From Malacoraja senta (lineage: Eukaryota): DNA of 64,000 nucleotides. The notes below the pieces were generated by a model that searched no databases, had not been told where the DNA came from, and saw nothing but the letters and a program-made list of their open reading frames with translations. Positions 26,785 through 39,350 of the stretch are shown here, piece by piece. Made by a program: the position numbers and the translations under genes. Position 1 is the stretch's first letter. Each line of letters starts with the position of its first letter. The DNA lies in assembly GCA_038087875.1 (NCBI GenBank), contig CM075997.1, positions 1,056,001 through 1,120,000 of the forward strand. Direction: 5' to 3'.

Positions 26785-27640
26785 CAAAAAGGGCCTGTCC
26801 CACTTACGTGATTTTTTTCAGCGACTTGCCGGCACCCGTCATAGTCGCAGCAGGTGGCCGAAAATGTTCAACATGTTGAAAATCCAGCAGCGACCAGAAA
26901 AAGGTACGACTCTTTGGGCGACGACTCACGGCCATACAGGCGACACCCCGAGTGTTAGTGTGCGGGGATCGCTGGGCGGCGCGGACTCGGTGGGCCAAAG
27001 GGCCTGTTTCCGCGCTGCATCTCTAAACTGAACTAATAAGGTTCTTAATCTCCAATATGACCTCGATGACCTGCTATTTTCTTCACCGTTTCCAACAAAA
27101 GTATGGGCAGGAGTTCAAAAAGAAACAATAAGCGTTCTGCCTGATCAACAATTATTATTATTAATAATTGCACAAAAAAATTAAAATGTCTTCCTTCAAA
27201 CATATTGCCATCTATTTCATCATGAAACATGGCAGATGACAATGCACTTTGATCAATCACTCAAAGCAGGGAAATTGAATCAATCAAGATTCAAATAGCA
27301 AAAGTGAATCATTGATTTATCCAAAGATTATTGAGATGCCTGGTTCCCTTTTCCACAATGGGACAATGCAGAGTCTAGGACCAGAGGGCGCAGTCTCAGA
27401 ATAAAAGGACCTACCTTTAGAATGGAGATGAGGAGGAATTCTTTTGCCAGAGGGTGGGTGGTGAACCTGTGGAATTCATTGCCACAGACGGCGGTGGAAG
27501 CCAAGTCATCAGGTATTTTCAATGCGGAGATTGATAGGGTCTTGATTAGTAAGGGTGTCAAAGGTTACGGGGAGAAGGCAGGAGAATGGGGTTGAGAGGG
27601 AATGATAGACCGGCCATAATCGAATGGCGGAGATGATTAA

Positions 27641-27825
27641 AGGGCCTGTCCCACTTGGCCGACATATGCGCGTAATGTACGCGACATCATTTACGTGTCG
27701 TATGGTGCGTGATGACATAGGCAGTGACGCGCGACCGTGTGCGGCGTCCCAGGATTTTGTGATGTACAAAATCTTCGCGCGCCATCTGCGTGACGCGCAA
27801 ATGACGGCCAAGTGGGACAGGCCCT
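27641..27825. mobile_element. PIF/Harbinger-type MITE
   Basis: 21-bp TIR AGGGCCTGTCCCACTTGGCCG, TAA target duplication on both sides; related partial copies at ~26790 and ~37298. Confidence 0.8.
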
Positions 27826-30800
27826 TAATGGGCTTAATTCTGCTCTTATGGTCTTATGTCTCTGACACAGTTGTTTCCGATCATAACTTGGTTGAGGGAG
27901 TGAGAGCCTCCAACATCATATCCCAGCTTTCAAGAGTCGGAGAAAGAAAGTTACAGGGAAAAGTTTATAAAAACAATTTTAGTAAATGCTACACTAGTGC
28001 CAATTCTACAGGGAAGTATTAGCTTCCTTGCTAATCACGAGTTTCATGGAGAACAGATGACTTTTTGTGAGAAAAAAAGCATAATTTTAATTAATTGCAA
28101 TGAATCAAGACCAATCCCTTAGAGTACTATCAAGTGGACAGCAAGGTGGCGCAGCGGCAGAGTCACTGCCTTACAGCGCTTACAGCGCCAGAGACCCGAG
28201 TTCAATCCTGGCTACGGGTGCTTGGCGGCACTGAGTTTGTACGTTCTCCCCCGTGACCTGCGTGGGTTTTCCCCGAGAACTTCGGTGTCCTCCCACACTC
28301 CAAAGACGTACAGGTTTGTCGGTTTAAGAAGGAACTGCAGATGCTGGAAAATCGAAGGTAGACAAAAATGCTGGAGAAACTCAGCGGGTGAGGCAGCATC
28401 TATGGAGTGGAGCAAAGGAAAGAGGCCACGTTTCGGGTCGAGACACTTCTTCAGAGTCAATGAGTCTTAAGAAGGGTCTCGACCCGAAACGTCGCCTATT
28501 TCCTTCATTCCATAGATGCTGCCTCACCCGCTGAGTTTCTCCAGGCTCGTAGGTTATTCGGCTTGATTTAAATGTAAACATTGTCCCTAGTGTGTGTAGG
28601 ATAGTGTTAGTTTAGTTTTTTGTTTATTTTTTTAGTTTAGAGATACAGCGCGGAAACAGGCCCTTTGGCCCACCGGGTCTGCGCCGACCAGCGATCCCCA
28701 CATATTAACACTATCCTACACACACTAGGGACAATTCTTACATTTACCAAGCCAATGTGCGGGGATCGCTGGTCGGCGCGGACTGGGTGGGCCGGAAGGG
28801 CCTGTCTCCGAGCTGCATCTCTAAACTAAACTAAACTACTGATTATTGGGTTATTAAGATGCAAAATTTAGGTTTCTCACAGAACACAAATCATCGAATT
28901 TACCTGAAAGGAACTTGAAAAACATCCATTCAATTAAAGTTGGAGGAGCCCTTAAGTGACTCAATCCTAATTATTTTTTGTGAGTCAGAAAGATTTCACA
29001 GGTGGGTAAAAGGGATGGGCGTGGATGGGGGCCCAATTTTCCTTGAAATGACTGTGTAAATTAATCCAGGCTTGTCAATTTACAGCTTAAAGAATGATTC
29101 CAACTAAAGGGGACCAAGAAAATTAGCAGCAATTTCTGAAGCTGTTCTGAAGGAGCCTTATTAAAGTGATGTTGAATAGACTGTGTTATTATCAATGGAC
29201 AATGGTGCGGTGGCTGGGATTCAGTGGTGCAGTCTCCTCTGACTGGATAGATTCTTAGTTGAAGTTCCCTTCCAAAGACTCAAAGGCGAAACTCACATTG
29301 ACTTTCCGCTGCAGTCTGAAATGACAGACTTGTAAAATGTTATTGCAGTGTGAGGAAGAACTGCAGATGCTGGTTTGCACCGGAGATAGACACAAAATGC
29401 TGGAGTAACTCAGCGGGACAGGCAGCATCTCTGGATGGAAGGAATGGGTGACGTTTCGGGTCTATTCCTTTTCTCCAGAGATGCTGCCTGACCCTCTGAG
29501 TTATTTCAACATTTTGTGTCTTTCCTCAACAAAGCACAATTTTGTCTATTACGATCACATGTATCCAGGTACAATGTTTGCGTGCTATCCATTCAGCGAT
29601 AAGGCTATACATGATTACAATCAAGCCGTCCACAGTTGACAGATACAGGATAAAGGGAAATAATTTTCGGTGCAAGATAAAATCCAACTAAGTCAAAATA
29701 AAATGTGTAGGAAGGAACTGCAGATGCTGGTTTACACCGAAGATAGACACAGAATGCTGGAGTAACTCAGCGGGACAGGCAGCATCTCTGGAGAAGGAAT
29801 GGGTGACGTTTCGGATCGAGACCCTTCTTTGGGCCCCAAACGCCACTCATTCCTTCTCTCCAGAGAGCTGCCTGAGTTACTCCAGCATTTTTGTGTTCTA
29901 TCTGGAGTCTGAAGAAGGGTCTCGACCCGAAACGTCACCCATTCTGTAACTTTGATGCAGCTTCTATAAGGAGTCAGGTCGGGGGGAGTCCCCCCCCTCC
30001 CCCCCGCCACGGGTACCCTGTAATCCCGTGCTACCTACTCCATGGTCGGATAGTCGGCGACTAAACCGTCTCCCCCACCTGGTTTACCAGGTGAGGAGGA
30101 GGCTGTGGACCCCCAGCAGGACCAAGAACAAGACCTGTCAGAAGGCGGATGAGCTTCTAGCGAGCCGACGGCCATCCACACTTCAGTAGAAGTTGCGATC
30201 ACTGTCGTACACGGCATTGTAAGGAATGATGATAAAGCACACACACACACACACACACACACACCAAAATCCTATACCTCCAGCGGCGGACGTCCACAGG
30301 AACTGGAGGACAGAGATGTGTGGTGCATCCGTCACCGTTCCCGTCGGAAACCAGCACCATTGCGTCGCTAATGTTTTTGACGATGATGAATGAATGAATG
30401 TAAGACTTTGGTTAGGTTGCATTTGGGGTATTGGCTGTGGTTCTGGTCCCCACATTACAGGAAGGATATGGGGCGGATCACTGTACCTCGATGCACGTGA
30501 CAATAATGAAGCTAAACCTATTACAGACTGGGATGGATGACAGACCAGGTTCATTACTAACCTGCACCGCCAACAAGAGCCTTAACATGCACTCCGTGGA
30601 TTAACTCTTGTGACATTATGCAATAATATTTGAACATATTAATTTTCATTATTGGCAGAATGAGAACCCAAGATGACACTGGATCTGATATAAAAGCCAC
30701 GATAGAAGATAAATGAAATTAATTAATAGCTGGAGTTGAATTATTCCAGCATTTGCCAACTTACTGTCTACACCCAACTAAGTTGATTGCAAGAATTCCA

Positions 30801-31068
30801 GGGTCTAAATGTCAAAGTAATCAACCTCAGACATTAACCTCAGACATTAACGTGTTCATACAATCAAAGTGAGCCTTCTCTACAGAACAACACACTTACA
30901 CAGGCGGCGCAGCGGTAGAGTTGCTGCCTTACATCGCTTACAGCGCTAGAGGCTCAGTTCAATCCCGACTACGGATGCTGTCTGTACGGAGTCTGTACGT
31001 TCTCCCCGTGACCAAATGGGTTTTCTCCGGGAGTTCCAGTTTCCTCCCACACTCTAAAGGACGTACAG

Positions 31069-32843
31069 TTACGTACTTACTGCCTATTCAGCCTCCTGGC
31101 ATGCAGGGCAGCAACGAAACATAGAAACATAGAAAATAGGTGCAGGAGTAGGCCATTTGGCCCTTCGAGCCTGCACCACCATTCAATATGATCATGGCTG
31201 ATCATCCAACTCAGTATCCTGTACCTGCCTTCTCTCCATACCCCCTGATCCCTTTAGCCACAAGGGCCACATCTAACTCCCTCTTAAATATAGGCAATGA
31301 ACTGGCCTCAACTACCCTCTGTGGCAGAGAGTTCCAGAGATTCACCACTCTCTGTGTGAAAAATGTTTTTCTCATCTCGGTCCTAAAAGATTTCCTCCCT
31401 TATCCTTAAACTGTGACCCCTTGTTCTGGACTTCCCCAACATAGGGAACAATCTTCCTGCATCTAGCCTGTCCAACCCCTTAAGAAGGTCCTCCACTCCT
31501 GTCTGTTCCGGGCTAGCTTCTGGACACTAGCCCAGGTCAGGTCCATTGTTTTCACCCCAGTTCTCAAAGAACTTCACTGGCTTCCCATTTCCCACCGGAT
31601 CACCTACAAAATCCTGGTCCTCACCTGCAAAGCCCTCAACAACCTGGCCCCCCCTTATCTCATTGACCTCCTCTCCGCCTACCAACCCTCACGGTCCCTC
31701 AGATCCACATCAGCTGGTCTCCTCTCCACTCCGAAATCAAACCTCTGCACTTTGGAGGCAGAGCCTTCTCCAGGGCAGCTCCCAGGCTCTGGAATTCCCT
31801 CCCACAACCGGTCCGAAATTCTGAGTCCCTCACCATCTTCCAGTCCCGCCTCAAGACCCATCTCTTCACCTCTGCATACCCTTAGTCCCATGTTCCCCTC
31901 CCCTCTGTCTTACTGCTCTATTTTGTTTTGTTTATTCCTGACTCTCAAATGTAAAGCGACTTTGAGTCCTGAAAAGCGCTATATAAATAAAATCTATTAT
32001 TATTATTATTATTTCCTCCTCTACAGTCTGACGCCAGGTGGTTTTGGGTCTCCCTCTTTTCCTTTTCCCTTCAGGGCTATTCTTGGGATGCTGTCTGGTT
32101 CTCTTTCACCATTGACATTCATCCTAGCATCTGTCGACAGCCCTGGACTTTACATCGGGAGCCTGGGATCTCTAGATGAGATCGCCAGTTGTGGAGCTCC
32201 AACCAGCTTTGTTGGCTTCGGAAGCCGCGGCCCCCAGTGCGGAAGCGGCCGTTCCAGGGTTCCCAGGCCGCTGGGAGGACTCTCCCGACGCCGGAGCAAC
32301 ATCACCCGGCGAGAACGGCCTGGAACATCGGGCCTCCGTAGAGGCAACTGTGGAGGCCTCAATGGGCCCGACTATGGGTGAACTGGGGTTGGGGACTGGA
32401 CTTTGTGCCTTCACTCATGGTGGGAGCCATTGTGGGGGAGATGTTCAGTGTTAAGACTATCTTGGTGTTATGTATTCTGTATTCTCTTCTTTTGTATGCT
32501 GCATAATGGCAAGAAGCATTTCACTTCACTACACCTGGGTGTATGTGAATGTGACTAATAAAAATACCTTGACCAACCTACCTTGAGGTCCATCACGCCC
32601 AGTAGTGTTGATTCCTTCAGTTGCTGTTTCTGTAACATATGTGTTTTACCAGACAGGGTTGTTAGCCCTGTGCTCAACCTCCAACCTGGAGGACCAGTGG
32701 ACTCTCTTCGTCTCGCCTCTACCCTTCCACCTGTCCAGCATGGGAGACCCTAACAGGAGACGAATCTCCCGCTGGCATAGCTCTAGGGGTCACTGAGACA
32801 CACAAGCTCCCCGACCACGACAAGGTTGCAATCCAACAGGGAG
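31069..32843 (-). mobile_element. longer RTE-derived element interrupted by three nested insertions
   Basis: 32590-32843 and 31069-31117 match the 5' and 3' parts of 61248-61543; sits inside a SINE with imperfect TSD aaag(g)acgYacag. Confidence 0.65.
31555..32012 (+). mobile_element. L2-clade LINE 3' end (different family)
   Basis: PVLKELHWLPISHRITYKILVL; (TAT)n tail. Confidence 0.8.
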
Positions 32844-33532
32844 AAAGACGCACAGGTTTGTAGGTTAATTGACTTGGTTTAAATGTAAAATTGTCCCAAG
32901 TGTGAGAAGGGTGGTGCTAATGTATGGGCATCGTTGGCCGGTGCAGACAAGATGGGCCGAAGGGCCTGTATCCTCGCTGTATCTCTAAACTAAACTAAAC
33001 TCAACTGGGTCTTTAATGGAGCAAAAAGTCACAATGCCCTTCACAGGAGAATAATGGTTGTCCCATGAGCTGAAGTCTAAAGTGGTTGTCTCTTGTCTTC
33101 TGAACGCCCTTGTCCAGTATATTTGTCTAAGAGACAAATGGACCCCTCCTCCCCCGCACCGGATCCCCCTAATAAATGATTATTTTATTACTCGTCCTTA
33201 TTCTGTTACATAATTAAATGGCTGAGTTTCAGAGATCTGTAGATTGATCATAATTGGCCATTTTTTATTAAGGGTGCAATTTCGAGAATTCAATTCTCTG
33301 CCAACTATTTTCAGAGATTATCGGAGATGCAATGGCTTTGTAATCTTGGCTTTTGCCAAAGTTCTGTCCGGTTGAGGTTCTGTTCTCAGGACTCCAGTCC
33401 GTTCAGTTGGCAGCGGGCTGTTCCATCGACTCGATTGTAGTCAATAAAATAGCTCTGTTGCTGCACTGGGAACGGAACCAGGACAACAAGCCTCCATTTC
33501 AGATCATACAATGTGCATTTGCTCCTTAGTCC

Positions 33533-33627
33533 TCAGTCTGAAGAAGGGTCTCGACCCGAAACGTCACCCATTCCTTCTCTCCAGAGATTCTACCTGACCC
33601 GCTGAGTTACTCCAGCATTTAGTATCC
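33533..33627 (+). mobile_element. 95-nt Penelope-derived mini-element starting with a hammerhead-like core
   Basis: 12-bp TSD gctccttagtcc (33521-33532 / 33628-33639); core at 33538-33565. Confidence 0.75.
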
Positions 33628-36580
33628 GCTCCTTAGTCCACACAGGTATTCAAAACCTTCTGCCCAACCTTTTAGCAACCTCAGTGCATTGTACATACGA
33701 TACGATGCGATAGAACTTTATACATCCCCAGAGGGAAATTGAGGGAAATCTCTTTACACACAGAGAGTTGTGAGTCTGTGGAATTCTCTGCCTCAGAGGG
33801 CGGTGGAGGCCGGTTCTCTGGATACTTTCAAGAGAGAGCTAGATAGGGCTCTTATAGATAGTGGAGTCAGGGGATATGGGGAGAAGGCAGGAACGGGGTA
33901 CTGATTGGGGATGATCAGCCATGATCACATTGATTGGCGGTGCTGGCTCGAAGGGCCGAATGGCCTAGTCCTGCACCTATTGTCTATTGTGTTTAAGAAG
34001 GAACTGCAGATGCTGGAACCCGCTGAGTTTCTCCAGCATTTTTGTCTACCTCCTATTGTCTATTGTCTATTGGTCTGCCAACAGTCACAACACACAAGGT
34101 ACACGAAAAGTTGATATTACAATTAAATTAAAAGCGAAAAAAAGTAAAAGACAAGCGACTGTTGGCTGGCTGCCGTGTGCACAATGCCGTAACCCACCCT
34201 TATCCCCAGGGCAGAGGATTCCAAAACTAGATTGCCCCCCTCCCCCACACCGGGTCCCCATTGTCCTCCACTCCCCCCCCTCACGCTCACGAGAGTCATT
34301 GTGTATTATCATTGAATCGCTCTTTACTGGACTTCATCTTGCACTAAACGGAATTCCCTTCATCATGTATATTGCGGACGGCTCAATTGAAATCAAAGTC
34401 AAAGTCAATTTTATTCGTCACAGTTCAATGGAGTTTTATTTGTCACATAAGCAACTGCTCAGCGAAATTATTTTCGGCACAGTGGCGCAGCGGTAGAGTT
34501 GCTGCCTTATAGCACGGAGAACCGGTTTCAATCCTGACTTTAGGTGCTGCCTGTACAGAGTTTGTACCTTCTCCCTGTGACCGAGTGGGTTTTCTCCTGT
34601 ACGTCTTTGGAGCGCGGGAGGAAACCGCAGGTCACGGGGAGAAAGTGAAAACTCCGTACAGGCAGCACCCGTAGCCGGGATCGATTCCGGGTCTCCGACG
34701 CTGCTAGAGTTGCGAGGCAGCAACTCGACAGCTGCGCCACCGTGCCGCCCCAAATTCAGGGCTAAATTTACGATGCGATACGATACTAATAGAACTTTAC
34801 TTATCCCAGGGGGGAAATTTGTCTGCCAACAGTCCTAAAACACACCAAGATACATGAAACATGAAATTAAAGTGACGAGTGGAAAGGATTGGGGATGTGC
34901 AAAGATTGGGGGGGGGGGGGGGGGGGTCAGTCTCAGTCTACCCCACGACAGAGGGGGGAGGAGTTGTGCAGTTTGATAGCCACAGGGAAGAAGGATCTCT
35001 TGTGGTGTTCTGTGCTGCATCTTAGTGGAACCAGTCTGTCGAGGAAGGTAAATTCATAATAACACAACTGTTAAATAAAAATGGGCAAAAAAAGATGTTG
35101 CTGCTCCAGATACGAACCACTATCGCGTCCGCGTGTTGCTTGGAGAGTCCATTGTCCACAGAGGACTGAAATATAATGTCCTTGGTAGGACAAGCGAGCT
35201 CAGTGTGTATTATAAATCACTGTACCTCTCGCCGAGGGAACTCATTGTCAAGTTTACCCCTATTGCCCAGGAAACTTAATCTTGAACAGCAAGCAAAGAA
35301 ATAATTGTAGGTTTGTAGCGCAGGGCCACAATGGCACCGTTTTCTCACACCATTTCGATTGTTGCAAAGAGCAGCAATTAAAGAGGTGATGGAGTTCCAG
35401 AGGGGAGAGTTTACATACTTCTTGGGGCTGGAAGGAGAGAGGCAAGGGGAGGAGATAATTAAATCACTGGCGGCTCTGATTTTTATCCTCACTTTTAAAG
35501 ACAGTTTCTGGGCAGTTTCTGAGGCACAAACACCTTCTGATGCTGCCCAACTTTGCCAAAAGGTATATGAAACCAATTCACATGATGCCAGAAAAGAGGA
35601 TGAAGGGTGTTCTTGGGAGTCCAGAACCAGAATGGGTCACAGTTTAAGAGTAAGGGGTCGGCCATTTAGGACTGAGATGAAGAAAAACGTTTTCACCCAG
35701 AGAGTTGTGAATCTGTGGAATTCTCGGTAGAAGGCAGTGGAGGCCACTTCACTAGAGGTTTTCAAGAAAGAGTTGGATATAGCTCTTAGGGCTAACAGAA
35801 TCATGGGATATGGGGAGAAGGCAGGAACGGGGTATTGATTTTGGATGATCAGCCATGATCATATTGAATGGCGGTGCTAGCTCGAAGGGCTGAATGGCCT
35901 ACTCCTGCACCTATTTTCTATGTTTCTATGTTTCAAAGTATCGGAAAGATCTGCTATGGCAATTTACAGTAGATAAAGGCACTTGTAAACCAAGTTTCTT
36001 GGACTATGGATAGGAAAGGTTTAGTGGGAAATTGGCCGAGCTCAGGCAAATGGGACTCTTAGATGGGGCATGTTGGTCGAGTCGGGCCAAAGGGCCTGTT
36101 ACCATGCAGTTTTCCCTATGTGCTCTGGCTTCCTCCCACATTACAAAGTGGTAGAGTCACTGCCTCACAGCGCCAGAGACCTGGGTTCGATCCTCATTAC
36201 GGGTGCTGTCTTTACGGAGTTCGTACGTTCTCCCCGTGACCCGCGTGGCTTTTCTCCGGGTGCTCTGGTTTCCTCCTACACTCCAAAAATGTGTAGATCA
36301 ATTGGCTTGTAAATTGTTCCTGGTGTGTAGGATAGTGCTAGTGTAAGGGGGATCTCTGGTCAACATGGACTCGGTGGGCCAAAGGGCCAGTTGCCGCGCT
36401 GTATCTATAAACTGAACTATGAGGCCATCAGAGGGATATGGGCCAAACACGGGCAGGTGGAACTAATGTAGATGGGGCATGTTGGTCAGTGTGGGCAAGT
36501 TGGGCCGAAGGGCCTGTTTCCACTCTATGAGACACCTATCCAAAATATTAATATTTACTAAATGAATCTACAGAGAACCC

Positions 36581-36954
36581 TCTATACCAAGCGCAGGCTC
36601 GGCGATCGCCTCCTCCATGGCCAGAGTGAGGCCCAGCACAAATTGGAGGAGCAGCACCTCATATTTCGCTTGGGTAGTTTACACCCCAGCGGTATGAACA
36701 TTGACTTCTCCAATTTCAGGTAGTCCCTGCTTTCTCCCTCCTTTCCCTCCCCCTTCCCAGCTCTCCCACAAGCCCACTGTCTCCGCCTCTTCCTTTCTTC
36801 CGCCCCCCCCTCCCCGACAGCAGTCTGAAGAAGGGTCTCGACCCAAAACGCCGCCTATTCCTTCTCTCCATAGATGCTGCCTCACCCGCTGAATTTCTCC
36901 AGCATTTTTGTCTACCTTTGATTTTTCCAGCATCTGCAGTTCCTTCTTAAACAT
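36581..36954 (+). mobile_element. Penelope-like element 3' end: GIY-YIG endonuclease C-terminus plus terminal repeat with hammerhead-like motif
   Basis: Encodes TKRRLGDR then (internal deletion) LLHGQSEAQHKLEEQHLIFRLGSLHPSGMNIDFSNFR*, followed by a pyrimidine tract and CTGAAGAAGGGTCTCGACCC motif. Confidence 0.75.
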
Positions 36955-37496
36955 CTCGATACTGACTGATTCTTTTGTAATTATTTTGTAAGATTAACAC
37001 CCAAAATGTTGGATACCAGGGTAAGGTAAAGGGCACACTGCCATTACATTTGGCATTATTTCGTGTCCTAACATTGAGAAGCATTGAAAGCTTTTTTTAC
37101 ACATAATTAAATTTGGCACAGTTAAATAATGCTGCATGTACCTATTACATCCTAATCTGTCTTTCCTGCGCAAAAAGCAATTAAAACCTAACTGAAAGAT
37201 ATAGGTGGTCTATCCATCAGCCAGAGGAATGATACCTCAGCAGTTACTTGAGAGAGCTGGGTGGCCGAGGTGAGAGAGAGAGAGCGTGAAGCTTAATGCC
37301 CCTGTCCCACTTAGGAGATTTTTTCGGTGACGAGAGGCGACTAGGCTGTCACCACATGATCGCCTTGGTGACGCCTGTATGGCCGTCTCCTCAGTCGCCT
37401 AAAGAACCGTAGCGTTTTTCTGGTCGCCGCTGGGTTTTGGATCTTCTGCAGCTCAGTGGAGACAGACCGTCTAGTATCTTAGAGAACATGAGTACG

Positions 37497-37816
37497 TTTA
37501 GTTTAGTTTAAGATACAGCATGAAAACAGGCCCTTCAGCCCACCAAATGCACTCCGACCAGCGATCACCGCACATTAGCACTACCCTACACATACACGAG
37601 GGACAATTTTACCTTTATGCATCTACACCGAGCCGATTAACCTACAAACCTGTACGTCTTTGGAGTGTGGGAGGAAACCGGAGATCCCGGAGAAATCCCA
37701 CGCAGGTCACGGGGAGAACGTACAAGTTCTGTACAGTCAGCACCCGTGGTCGGGATCGAACCCGGGTCTCTGGCGCTGTGAGGCAGCAACTCTACCGCTG
37801 CGCCACCGTGCCGCCC
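37497..37816 (-). mobile_element. HE1-like V-SINE
   Basis: Same family; (TAAAC)n tail at 37497. Confidence 0.85.
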
Positions 37817-37922
37817 AATCGAGGTTGATCAATTTAGAACGAGGGGCTGCACAACTTAAGTAATGACCGTGAAAATTGCGTTAATAAAAAATGTTGTCAG
37901 AGGCAGGCATATGATCTGCCAT

Positions 37923-38108
37923 AGGTAGACAAAAATGCTGGAGAAACTCAGCGGGTGAGGCAGCATCTATGGAGCGAAGGAAATAGGCAACGTTTCGGGC
38001 CGAAACGTTGCCTATTTCCTTCGCTCCATAGATGCTGCCTCACCTGCTGAGTTTCTCCAGCATTTTTGTCTCCCTTCGATTTTCCAGCATCTGCAGTTCC
38101 TTCTTAAA
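37923..38108. mobile_element. palindromic Penelope-derived element
   Basis: Inverted arms; 15-bp TSD catatgatctgccat (37908-37922 / 38109-38123). Confidence 0.75.
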
Positions 38109-38389
38109 CATATGATCTGCCATGTTTATTTTAGACTGGATTGAGTTCCACACAAGATATACACAAGGCAGGTGGGAAAGGTGAAGGTCAAGCTGTTTGC
38201 AACTCCTCTTCAGATGCTTTGACAGACTGAGCACTCGCACATACCGGCACCCCTGGCCATGATCAAGTTGAGTTCCAAATAAATCTTTCCGAAGAAATAA
38301 TTCACTTTGGAAAGTTGCCCGCTCTTAGCCCCTGGTGACCGCAGCTCCAAGGCCTTTTTCAAGCTCCCTATTACTTACAGAGAGTCACA

Positions 38390-39350
38390 GAGTGATGCAG
38401 CGTGGAAACAGGCCCTTCGGCCCATCTTGCCCACACCGGCCAACATGCCCCCGCTACACTAGTCCCACCTGATAGACACGAAATGCTGGAGTAACTCAGC
38501 GGGACAGGCAGCACCTCTGGAGAAAAGGGATGGGTGACGTTTCCGGTCGAGACCCTTCTTCAGACTGATGTTCCACCTGCCCGCGTTTGGCCCACATCCC
38601 ACCAAACCTGTCCTATCCATGTACCTGTTAAGTGTTTCTTAAACGTTGGGATAGTCCCAGCCTCGACTACCTCCTCTGGCAGCTCGTTCCATACACCCAC
38701 CGCCCTCTGTGTGAAAATGTTCCCCCTCAGGTTCCTATTAAATCTTTCCCCTTCACCTTAAACCTATGTCCTCTGGTCCTCGATCCCCTTAATCTGGGCA
38801 AGGGGCTCTGTGCATCTACCCGATCTATTCCGCTCATGATTTTATACACCTCTCACCCCTCATCCTCCTGCGCTCCAGGGAATAGAGTCCCAGAATAGAT
38901 TCCCAGCCTACTCAACCTCTCCCTGTAGCTCAGACCCTCTAGTCCTGGCAACATCCTCGTAAATCTTCTCTGTACCCTTTCCAGCTTGACAGCACCTTTC
39001 TTATAACATGGTGCACAGAACTGAACACAATACTCCAAATGTGGTCTCATCAATGTCTTATACAACTGCAACATGACCTCCCAACTTCTATACTCAATGG
39101 TACACAAAAATGCTGGAGAAACTCAGCGGGTGCAGCAGCATCTATGGAGCGAAGGAAATAGGTAACGTTTCGGGCTGAAACCCTTCCTCAGCATCTTTTC
39201 CAGCATCTGCAGTTCCTTCTTTAACATTCTATACTCAATGCTCTGACTGATGATAGCCAATGTGCCAAAAGCCTTTTTAACCACCCTATCTACCTGCTAC
39301 TCCTCCTTCATGGAACCATGTACCTGCACTCCTAGATCCCTCTGCCTAGC
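38390..39350 (-). mobile_element. CR1-clade LINE 3' fragment with nested Penelope-derived inserts
   Basis: [25 protein letters not shown]; 3' end shared with the SINE; insert at 39100-39226 has 14-bp TSD ttctatactcaatg. Confidence 0.85.

Noticed and set aside
26267..27031. Long ORFs containing X runs
   Set aside because: Artefacts of the 200-N gap
31752..32454. Longest ORFs in the track (209 aa and overlapping frames)
   Set aside because: They run across junctions of nested L2, RTE and GC-rich repeat fragments; no recognisable protein
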